Shown piece by piece: positions 12,880 through 23,233 of a DNA stretch of 49,949 nucleotides. The position numbers and the translations under genes were made by a program. A model generated the notes under the pieces. It was given only the letters and a program-made list of their open reading frames with translations. It had not been told where the DNA came from and made no database searches. Each line of letters begins with the position of its first letter. Within the stretch, counting starts at the first letter, position 1. The DNA comes from Chromera velia (taxonomy: Eukaryota). The stretch lies in assembly GCA_018398765.1 (NCBI GenBank), contig JAHBMJ010000350.1:1-49949 (forward strand), in the 5' to 3' direction.

Positions 12880-15178
12880 GAGAGACAGAGAGAGAGAGAG
12901 ACAGACAGAGACAGACCGAATCAAACCACCCCCATGCACCATGCATCCCCCCATGCGTGCGTGCGATGAAAAGAGAAAGAAAGGGTCAAGACGATCAATG
13001 GTCCAGCGCCACCCTTTTCCCCCAAAACTCTGAACACAAAAAAACGGAGCAGAGGAAGGAAGATCGACTAGCGGCCCCCCATCAGCCAGCAGCAAAACAT
13101 GAATGAATGAATGAATGAATGAATAGGCAAATCAATCGATGAATGAAAAAAAAAGTCAGCTCGACATCAATCACCGGCTCACCGTCAGGCTGCCCCCCCA
13201 AGCCAGAGCCCGTTGCCGCAGTCCCCCCTGTACCCCCCCCTCCGGCGAGGAACCCCTGTGGATGGGGGCAGAACTCAAGGAGCTGAGCGGGGCCCTGGGA
13301 GAACAGAGAGAGGACGTTCAACACAAGGGGGGGCGATTCTTCGGCAAGAATTCGGTAGCTGCTTCCGCCTCCGCTCCCTCCACCTGCAACACAGCCAGCC
13401 AGGCAGCCAGGCAGGCACTTGAGTATTCATGCATGCATTTTCCCAAACGACCAAACTTGCAACAACAACAACAACAAAAAAAGAAGTAACGGGAATGGAA
13501 AGGACAGAGGTCAGGGTAGGAACTGACTTTCGGAACAAGCGACAAGAAAGAATAAGGAAAGAAGCTTATCATCTGAAACAAACAAACGGCAGGAAGAAAG
13601 AAAGAGCGAAAAAAACACATGCAGAAAAGACGGCAGGCAGGTCGCAGATGATTCCTCTATCAGGCTCAGGCAGGGCAGACAGAGGGAGGCCATGTCTTTG
13701 CAGGGAGATCGAAACTTCACTGCCAAGCAAGAAAGCAACCAAGCAAGCAACAAAGAAAGAACGGGGAGACAAGACAGGAAAGAGAGACGAAAAGAAAGAA
13801 AAAACAGCAGCCACAACGACCTCAGGCGCCATCAAAACAGACACACAGATAAACGTATGTCGACTCACTCAAAAATGCTATCATCCATGCATCCCTCTGT
13901 CGCTCTCTCCCTCTTTGCTTCCTTCCTTTTTCCCTGCCCGATGCCCTCTGACTGACCGACCTTTTGTCTCTTCTTCCTCTTCTCCCTCTTCCCCTTCCCC
14001 CCCGTCAGTCCACTCGCCCTTAAACCACACGACGCTCAGGTGACCAGAAGAGTGATGCACGACCACTTGATTCTGGTCCACAGCGAACCGCAGACTCAAG
14101 GGGGCGTCGACCCAACCTGCATTCATAAATGGATGAATGAATGAGCGCAGGGAGGGAGGGAGGGAGCAACTCAGGGAGCCATCCATCCATCCATCCATCC
14201 ATTCATTCATTCATTGATTCACTTCTTCAGTCGCTTCTTCAGTCCGTTTGTCCCTCAGCCAAGCAGGAAGGAAATCACGCATGCGGACTGTCATTCAGTA
14301 AGAAAGGACCAATCCAGTCTTCTCAGGTATACTGTAACACATTCTGACGCCCAGAGAAAAAAACATCAGAAAGTGTACGCTCACATCTGTCAGCAGAAGC
14401 TAGCGACATCTGCGACAGACGGAGAGACTTTTCTCTGACTCATTTTTCAGAAAAGGGAGCTGACACAAAGAGAGAGAGAACAATTGAGGAGAATAAATGT
14501 GAGGAACGAGAAGGAAGGAAGGAAGGAAGGAAGAGCCAGACAGACAGATCATCTGCGATGCATCCCAGAGAAGTTGCGACTCCAGCAACAAACAGAGAGA
14601 GAGAGAGCAGTCAGAGCAGCATAAAAAGTAAAAATGTAGGAACACACACACGCACGCACACGCAGACACACGCATACGCATACACATACACATACACAGT
14701 GGACACAGGTAAGGAGACATGCAGGCAGGCAGGCAGACAGACAGAGGCCCGCCACCCACCCATCTACCCACCCACCGAGTCCGGACAGGTCGAGTCTCCA
14801 CAGGGGCACCACACGAATTTTCCCCCCAGGCTGTCCATTGCTCTGAACGGCAAATGCCGCCCCTGCTCCTGCCCCCGTCTGCTGCCCTGCCTGCTGCTGC
14901 CCTCCCACCAGGGCGCCCCTGTCTGTCGCCGCTTCCCCCCCCCCCACCGCCGCGTCCCTGGTGACATGGACCAACGAGTGATCTGGAGAGAACAGACCCC
15001 CCCCGATGCCGCCACTCCAGTCAGCACTCGGACCCTCCCCCTCCCCCTCTCCCCCCAGGCCGTCTGTCCCGTCGGGGGGCCCTTGAAGGATTGAGGCCAC
15101 GTCCTCCTCTGCCACCAGCCGCCAGGTGCTCAGCTGTCCGGCCTCGTCGAAAAGGCCAAAAAGAGGAGAACGCATCTG

Positions 15179-15216
<38 letters not shown>

Positions 15217-18065
15217 GGCAGACAGGCAGGCAGGCAGACAGACAGAGAGTTACTCATTTCCAGACACGCATCGCAGAAGACGCGTGCGCAAATCCTGTAG
15301 AATGATGAATGCATTCATTCAGCTAGGCATCTATCGAAGAGACGCGCACAGACTGCAGAAAAGCCTGACTGAAGGAGAAACAGACAGACAGAAAGACAGA
15401 CACAGACACGCACTGACAAGATTACCAAAGAAAGATTTGAAGACAGGAGTAAAAAAAGAGGAACAAAGAACCAAGATTCGACCATCTCTCTTCTCACCTT
15501 CACACTCACCCGCACGAATTCATGCTGACGGCTGACCGACCCACCAACTGACCAGCGATCCATTCTGGTGGCCTTCAAAACTCAAAGGAAGTCGCGACCC
15601 CGGCATGAACGCGTCTGCTCTTCCCTTCTGCGGCGGAACCCCGCCCTTCCCCCCCATTCCCTTGCCCCTAAGAGGCCCGCCGTCCTCTCCACCTCCTCCA
15701 CCGAAACCGACAGGAGGTCGCATACAATCTCCGAGAGGCAGCACCAGCGCTTTCAGTGGGCGGGCCCGGAGCCCCGAGATGCGAGCGGCACAGCCATCAA
15801 GGTCGAGGCGCGCCGACGCAAAGAAGAACACTACAGAGAAAAGAGAACCACCCCCCGAGGACAATCCCAGCTGACTGTCAGGCTGACCTCCCGCACCCCT
15901 CCCCTCCCTCCAGAGCGCAGCCTTCACAGCCGCACACGCAGTCTCCCGGAAGACGGAGGGAAGAGGCATTGCGGAGGCGTTCGTCGAAGGGAGATAGGAG
16001 CCCAGCTGCACACACATACACATACACACACAAGCTGTGAAGGGCCTGAGCATGTCCCGAGTGGTCTGATCGAATGGTGTATGCATTGATTTCATCACTG
16101 GCGTCTTCTGGCTGACTGACAGACTCACTGACTGACCAACCTTTCCGGTCTGCGCCCTGCTGGAGTTTTGTGCCATCTGCGGGTGAGTGCCCCCCCCCCC
16201 CAGACCCTTGTGTCTCTCCGCCACATCCTCGGTGTGGACCACCCCCCCGTTCTCGTCGTACACGGCGAAGAAAAGGGACGGAGAGTACCACCCGAGGCCC
16301 TCACACGAGACAGTCCGCTCCTTCAGCGTGCTTCCCATCAACCTCCACTTGGAAGACCTCAACACGCAAACGGCAAACCCAAGGGTACCTGCAGGCGCGT
16401 ACACGCAAGCAAGCAAGCAAACAGTGCAAGATGAGCTCAAAAGGGGGTGGACAAAAGACGTACCACAGGAACCAGCTGCACGCAGATATTCATTCTGTCC
16501 GATCAGACGCTTGCAAGAGGCGGAAGCACCCTCATGAAGTTGCGGCGAGAAAAGATCTGCACCCGATCAAGTGGCTGGCCAGGCACTCACCTCTAGTATA
16601 AAGTGCACACACGACCGTACAGAGAGGCAGGAAGATGTACACACATACATGTTTTTGCCTGTGTGCGTCCGCCCATGGAGAGAGAGAGGCCAAAATGATT
16701 TATTCTTCTCTGCCTGCCTACCCACCTGAGACAAGAAGGAAATCCATCTGGGGCGACAGGGACGCTAACCGGAGGGGCCAGTTGGGGAGGCTGTAGGCGG
16801 GGGGCGGGAGGGAGACGGAAGTGAGAGAGGGCGTGAGGGGGGTGGAGGGAGAGGAGGTGACGAGGACAATGCGGTCGCTCCCTACCAGACACCTGCACAC
16901 ACACATGCAGATCGGCAGACAGATAGACAGACAGACAGACAGAAAAGCCAGCATCTAGCAGATGCGTTTGCCTGCATGTCCCGTTTTTCTTCTCTTCTCC
17001 CTCCCTCCCTCATCCTTCGATCGATCGATTGAGAGAACAGAGAGAACAGAGTACAGAGAACAGAGGATCACCGAGGCCCGAACGCAGGCAGGTGAATGCG
17101 CCTCGCATCACTCACTCCGTTTCTCTGTTCATCAAAAGCACGATTTCTACATTTTACGCGAACTAAGGAAAGCAGGGTGAGTGCCTGCAACTGCCACCAC
17201 ATGATTGGTTCACCAGCCCTCAAATCCATCCCCCCGTCACTTTATTCTTGCAAAGGATCTGAATTTGTTTCGAAGAAGGATCTCCTTTACCTTCATTTGT
17301 TTCGAAGAAGGATCTCCTTTACCTTCATTTGTTTCGAAGAAGGATCTCCTTTACCTTCATTTGTTTCGAAGAAGAGAAAAAAGTGAATGAGTGAAAAAAT
17401 ACTTCTGCCGGCTGACCGACCGACCAACCGACCGACCGCATATCCGAGTCGCCGGCCAAGAAAGGACCCCCAGCAACAATCAACCCCCCTCCCCCCTTCT
17501 GCTGGTAGAAGCCTCCCCTCCCCCCACCGTCCCCCGTCGAGTTTCTGCCCAGAACCGAGTAGGGGCCCAGGCATGCCCCGGCAGCAGCACTCCTCACGAA
17601 GGGCATGCTGACAAAGAGGGCCCCGGAGTCTCTCCCTTGGCCCTCCCCCATCTCGCCTGTCTCACCTCCTGCCCCCCTTTCTGTCGCAGATGCGGAGGGA
17701 GATGGGGGGAGATCATACAGCTCTTCCTCGCTCCACTGTGGCCTGCCTTGAGGGCTCTTCTCAACAGACCTGCATGCACAGAGAGAGAGAGAGAGAGAGC
17801 CGGGCAGACAAAGAGAGACAGTGAGACTCTCAGGAGAGGTATACAAAAAACACTTCTCTCCCCTTCTCACACAGAGATCCATTGTAAAAAAAAAAAAAGC
17901 AAAACAACGGACGAAAACACCGAAGACACAGACAAAAAGACAGACGAACAGGCGGACACAGAGAAAGAAGTCTACAAGAAAACGCGCATGGGTTCTTCCT
18001 CCAAAGCTCGAGGAAGCCGACACATAGCCACAAACAGTCAGACAGAGAAAGACACGGAGAAGAGG

Positions 18066-18103
<38 letters not shown>

Positions 18104-21048
18104 GAGAAAGGCAAAAAAAAGAAACAAAGAAAACAAACCTCTCCAAAGCCCTTCTGACGGCGTCTAATGCCGCCGGGCGGACGCGCAGAACGAGCAGAGA
18201 GAAGGAGGAAGCACCCCACTGCAACCCGACAACTCCAGGGTAGAACTGGAGGGAGGAGACGGGAGAGGAGGAGGAGGAGACTGCGGCACTCTGCTGAGCA
18301 AACGCCCCGGACGGCCCCTCACCATCACCCCCGCCGTCCAAACCCCGAGGAGTGGGCACCGCGAGTGAGTCCGACGAAACAGAGGACATCAACGGATGAG
18401 GAGGGGACTCCAGAGGAGACGTTGGAGAGAGCAGAGGTAGCCCTGCATACAGGCAGTCATCGAGTACAAACATCCAACCAACCAACCAACCAACCAGCCA
18501 GGCAGGCAAGGAACCGGACCAAAAAGGGAAAGAAGCACGTTGTCACGCAAGCATCCGCACACAGCCTCTCTGTCAATCAATGAGCCTGTTTGCACTTTTG
18601 TCATCACCTGCGCATTTGCTTGTCTGTCTGTCATAATACCTTCTTGTGCAGATCCCTCCCTAGTCAGTGTACGTGCATTCATTTTTTCCTCCCTACGTAC
18701 ACGCACACACCAAGAAAAGAAAAAAGGAACCCCGCAACCGTCTCGATCAGACCCCCCACCCAGTCCGCTCCTCCAAAAGCAAAAAAGAAAAAACACAAAC
18801 CACCCCGCCCTCCCCCCACCCACCCACCCAAGTGAGAGAACACAGCCACTGAACCAGACTCCCACCCCACAGCCAGAGCCAGACCCTCAGACGTCCAGGC
18901 CATACTCGTCACCGCTCCCCCCGAAGAGGCAGACGACGAGGAAGAGGACAAGACTGTCCCTCCGGTCAGATTCTTTGAAGACACGCCGCCACCTCGAAGG
19001 GTACAAAATGGTTTCCCGGCACTTACAGGGGTGAACACCTTCAAGGAATGAAGCTCGATCACCCCTGACTGCAACCCGAACGCTGCCTGTCGCCTCCACC
19101 GATTCAACCGCACGCACGTCACCCCTTCAGACCTCACCACCATACCAATGGGACCGGCGGATCTCCGTCCAACCGAAACGCCTCCTGAAGGCGGTGGTGC
19201 CCCCACCCCTGGAACTCCAAGCTGATTGTTGTCGGCGCTGTAGTCTTCCGAAGTCGTGCGCCTGCCCAGCCCTGTGGTCTCCAAGAATGGCAACCGACAT
19301 GCCAGAAGGAGACTCACCCCTGTCGTCAGCACGACAGAGAGAAGATCAAGGGACTCATCAACCGTCACTTCACGAACACCAACAGGTGGTGGGCGCGGTT
19401 GGTTTTTCTTTCTACTGGGGGATTTTGACTGGGGTGACATGCAATCACCTCCTCCGACTGCCGGAGTAGCCGAGGCCCTCGACGATTTTCTCGGGGATCC
19501 CCCCCCCCCCGTGTCATCACCCCCTCCACCTGTCCCAGTCCCTGCCCCTGTAAGTTGTCCCTCAGAGTCAATAGAACCCTCTTGCTCTGTCTCTGCAGGC
19601 TCTTTTGATTCGACAGGCGTAGGCGGGGGTGATGGTCTTATTTCAATTTTGGGGTCCGGTTTCAGTTCGACTGGCATCCCTGCCTTTCTCAGAGAGACTG
19701 CGTGACCGGCAAGACACTCAGCTCGGAGGGGTGCGTAAAGGTAAAAAGCCCCACCTGCCGCTTGCCTGGCGGTGACATGCAAGTAAGCACGCAAGCATGC
19801 AACAGGAAGACAAAATCAGGCAGGAGAGAAACGAACGAGCACGATGTCAAGAGAAGCGTTCGTTGGGGATAAAAGCAAATCGTGCAGAAGCTAGCACGGC
19901 AAATGTGAAAGCTAGCATGGTAGGAAAAATAAGGGGGGAGAGAGGAGGGGGGAAAGAAAAACCTGGAGAAAAATGAGAAAGCCCCACAGACCGTTCGTTC
20001 GATCAATCAGGCTGATGGATGAACCGAATGCCGAAGGTTTTTTCTTTTTTTTGCATCTCTCACGCAGGACATCCATCACTATATAGAAAAGTCATCTGTC
20101 TGTCTGCAAATCTGTTCTTTCTTTCAGGGAACGCCTGTACGAGCTCTCGGCACAATCAAGAAGACGTACAGACAAAGAGGAAGAGAGGGGGGGTGAAGGG
20201 GAGCAGGCAGGACCAACCAACCTATCGTCTGCACATCCCCCCTTCTCCTTTTTTCTTTCCCCTAAGAGGACAGATTTCGGGAGGAACGGCCCGAGGTAGA
20301 TGATGTCCGACAGCCCCTTGTAGTTCGAGTACTGAAGGTAAAAAATCGCTGCCTGCCGAGCACAGCCGATGACCAGAGACTGCCGAGTCGCAGCCATGCA
20401 CCCAGGCACGGCGGGAAGATTCAGCACAGAGGCAAGTTCCAGGATCAAAGGCAAGGCCGGAATGCTGGGAGAGGCCAGAGATGACTCTCTCGCCCCTCCC
20501 TTCACGCTTCCCCTCCCGTCAAGAGCGGAGGCTCCTCGGTTCTCACTGTCTGACAGCAGTGAAAGCAACTCGTACCCGACGCACGCCCTGTCTAAGGGGT
20601 GTGCAGGGACTGTGGCTAAGACCGGATGACGGACGAAGAGCTCCGGCGTTGCTCCAAGTCTCCTTGGGTCGGTGTCAAAGGAGATCTTGAACACCGACAT
20701 CGCCAGGGAGTCCGCACACCGAACAAAAAGGTGGGAGCAGTCGGGACTCCACTCGCACGCCACCATCGCCCCAAACTTCGCGTGCCTCTTCTGACGGATG
20801 TACGCACCCACCAACACTGGTGAGTCCGTGTTTGAGTACAGTAGAAGCGCAGAGGGACACACACACGCGATCCAGCGGTCACAGTGAGAGACCGAGAGGT
20901 CAAGGCACGGTTCCTGTGGCACCTTGAGATGGGGTGCGTGTGACGTCGTGCCATCCGAGGAAGAGGAAGCAGAAGAACTAGAAGTCTCCCGCTCCCTTTG
21001 TGCTGCAGGGTGGATGACCTCTTTCGCATGTCCCAGCGAGGTGATCAT
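5238..21048 (-). CDS. RIC1: RIC1 homologue, subunit of the Ric1-Rgp1 Rab6/Ypt6 guanine nucleotide exchange factor; about 16 exons, roughly 2,900 aa
   Basis: Exons (minus): 21048-20222, 19765-18828, 18442-18139, 17769-17437, 16892-16726, 16388-16141, 16005-15553, 15175-14776, 14116-13961, 13383-13183, 12573-~12010 (donor uncertain), 11621-10857 (spans N gap), 10332-9664, 9168-9047, 8488-8226, 7496-5238. GT-AG junctions are phase-consistent. RIC1-like motifs: N-terminal beta-propeller (CEWSPDCSHLFV; MAWTSEGLALAVGWESG), PPPAYSLPNWPLR...SG|TLGFAVC...KWRLMG across a splice, and the RIC1 domain (CVRKTE...HPHNVFQRC...LHTASLYLLILQ...LARSAADFIRAL). Confidence 0.88.
7838..8200. repeat. Intronic compound tandem repeat: 3 copies of a ~50-bp core separated by (CATA)n tracts
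   Basis: ACAGACAAGAGGCCT(A/G)GATGCGGAAATGGCATGCAGAATC at ~7903, ~8048 and ~8160, inside the last RIC1 intron. Confidence 0.9.
10644..10840. repeat. (CA)n/(GA)n microsatellite in a RIC1 intron
   Basis: Directly visible dinucleotide runs. Confidence 0.95.
10928..11264. other. Assembly gap (N run) inside a RIC1 exon, bounded by poly-C
   Basis: Run of N. Smaller gaps at ~35450-35465 and ~47848-47851 are flanked by poly-G. Confidence 0.99.
17263..17374. repeat. Perfect 32-bp tandem repeat, about 3.5 copies, intronic
   Basis: ATTTGTTTCGAAGAAGGATCTCCTTTACCTTC starts at 17263, 17295 and 17327, with a partial copy at 17359. Confidence 0.95.
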
Positions 21049-21262
21049 GGTTCTCTGCCTGCCGGTCTGCTCGACAAATAAAGGACTTCACTTCACTTCA
21101 CTTCACTTTGCTGACACACAATACTTCCTCTCTCCCTTCTGTTGTGCCTGGATTATTCTCTGAAACTTGCAGGACCTCCTTTGATTCTATCTTTCCTTTT
21201 TGAACAAAAGATCCCGACGCACAGATCCCTTGCTGACTCTCTCCCCTCGGTCTCTAAGTCTC

Positions 21263-22435
21263 TCACGGCTTCTGAGCTTGTGACCCTTGAGCTTCAATCT
21301 TTTTGTCCTGGTGCTCCTTCATGCACGATCTGCAAGCGAGGAAGGAAGGAAGGAAGGAAAGCAATGAATGAGGCAGAGATCGAGAGAATACTCCCCTGCC
21401 TCCTCAGCGAATGACTTAGCTCGGGCAAAGGGGAAAGCGCAAGAGGAAGAGGGGGAGAAAAAGAAGGCACGGATGGAATCGAAGAAGAACCGAAAGGAAA
21501 GAAGAAGTGGTGATGAACTGTTTCGCAGCTTTCTAGAAGAAGAAAACAACGGCTTCTTTCCGGCAGAGACAGAAAGCAAGGGCTCTCTCTGGCTATTCAA
21601 TTATTCATTCGGGCTGTAGCAGAGAGGCCCTGCCTCAATTGGAGCCGAGATACACACACCGATGCAAATAGAGCACTCTTATGGGATTCCGTTTCCTCCA
21701 CTTTGGAGCATGCGAACATTTTGTTGGTAGGTCTCTCAGCCTGAACAGACGCTCTCTGAAGAATATTGAAAGAGAGAGCGAATCTTCCCCCTCAACGTGC
21801 CCTCTTATTCTTGAACACAAGAGCGCCAGCCAGCCCTTCGCATTCGCTGTCTCCTCCCGCTCTTCACCAGTCCTTCCCTCTCCTCTCTTCCATCTACATA
21901 GTCACGTTCAGTTACACCCCTTGGATAAAACGCATGTCATTCTTACCGCTGCGCACAGTCGGACTGGCCTCCATGACAACAGACAAAAAAACACACGTGA
22001 AGGCGAGCCCACATTTGCCCCCGCACTTGCACACGCACCTGTACACCTGACGAATGAGGTCACACTCGTCGATTATTCCGGAAAGTCCATTCGGGTGTCT
22101 GCAGAAAGAGACAGACCGATCAGGTGGGGGGAAAAACAGAACAGAAACTTGCAGAGGTGGCATCAGAAAGGGGGCATCATATTCCCCTCATACAGTTGTC
22201 TCTGCACAGCACTCAGCTCGTACGAGAAAATTGGCGCAGGCTTTCGGGAGCACGTACATGCATGACAGACTCACTGCCTGCCTGACTGACTGACTGACTC
22301 CTTCACGCATCGGAGGTAAGAGTCAAATTCTTTTCCGCAGGGAAAATCAGTATCTCCGTTCGTCTTCTTTGCATTGGCTGGGTCAGCAGTCTCCCCGCCT
22401 TTCCTGAAAGGCACGGATGAAAAGGTCCCCCCCAT
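21263..22435 (-). CDS. Small twin-CX9C (CHCH) protein, 87 aa, with N-myristoylation motif; probable mitochondrial intermembrane-space protein
   Basis: Exons 22435-22299, 22098-22039, 21329-21263; donors GTCAGT and GTGCGT, acceptors TGCAG, both introns phase 2. Product: MGGTFSSVPFRKGGETADPANAKKTNGDTDFPCGKEFDSYLRCVKEHPNGLSGIIDECDLIRQVYRSCMKEHQDKKIEAQGSQAQKP*. Both CX9C motifs (CGKEFDSYLRC, CDLIRQVYRSC) are exact, and the second forms only after splicing. Confidence 0.85.
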
Positions 22436-22599
22436 TGCGCCGGTTTTCCTTCTCTCACACAATCAAAGCTATCTGGCACAACAGGAAAGCTTGGTACACC
22501 AGCAGACAACGTTGTGGCGCAGGGAATATTTAATATTTTCCGTATTCCGTGAAGGAAAGATTCAGTCCGTCAATCGATCCAGATTCCAGATCCGTTTTC

Positions 22600-22760
22600 A
22601 GTGGCCCGTGTTGGGCGAGCGGCCGGGCTGCGGCCCGCGGCCATGTCTCGGAGGGGCCGCGCGGCCGTGCATCGTCCCGCGGGCCCGCGGCCATTCGGCC
22701 CATGCATGTCGTACGCGCGCGTGCCCGGCGGCCATTTCGATCGCGTGCGTCAAACTCACT
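22600..22760. promoter_or_regulatory. Probable bidirectional promoter core: GC/CpG-rich patch with repeated GCGGCC/CGGCCAT motifs
   Basis: Lies between divergent start codons at 22435 (minus) and 23234 (plus). Several GCGGCC copies, plus ATGCATG and the palindrome CGCGCG, in ~150 bp. Confidence 0.5.
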
Positions 22761-23233
22761 GATTCATTGCGTGCGTCGAAAAAGAAGATGACATGAAGAT
22801 GACGCACCGCATGTTTTTTTCGTCCGAGACCTTCTCCAAGCATTCTCCAATTTAAGCTGAAGATCATGGCTCATAGGGATCAGTGTGTAGGGGATTTTCG
22901 TCTAACAACTCGCGGATTGGCGTGCTCATTCGTAGATCGACTGCTCCGTCACGCGCAGGTGTGGCACGCGATGGACTTTCCTGTCTGATTGCAGGGGACT
23001 CGCATGTCTGGTCGTGCTGGCAGATCGTCTCTGCTAGTCACACACTATATCTTGTCTTTGTTGTCTTCATCCCCTCATTTTAGCTCGTCTGATCGCGACG
23101 GTTTTAAGAGAAGCCTGATCACCATCTGCTGCATGGTAGGAGCTCAGACTTCGTGCAATTAGGAAAAGTGGGCAGGGAAATCTGACCGCCCAAAGCAGTC
23201 CTGGCAGTCCAACGATTCGGATGGTGAGGCCGA

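Noticed and set aside
17263..17374. 32-bp repeats of CRISPR-like length with an internal palindrome
   Set aside because: The units are head-to-tail with no spacers, lie in a eukaryotic intron, and no cas genes are present.
21368..22265. Plus-strand ORFs 21368-21619 and 21681-22265
   Set aside because: They lie antisense within the spliced CX9C gene, mostly in its introns, and show no recognisable domain.
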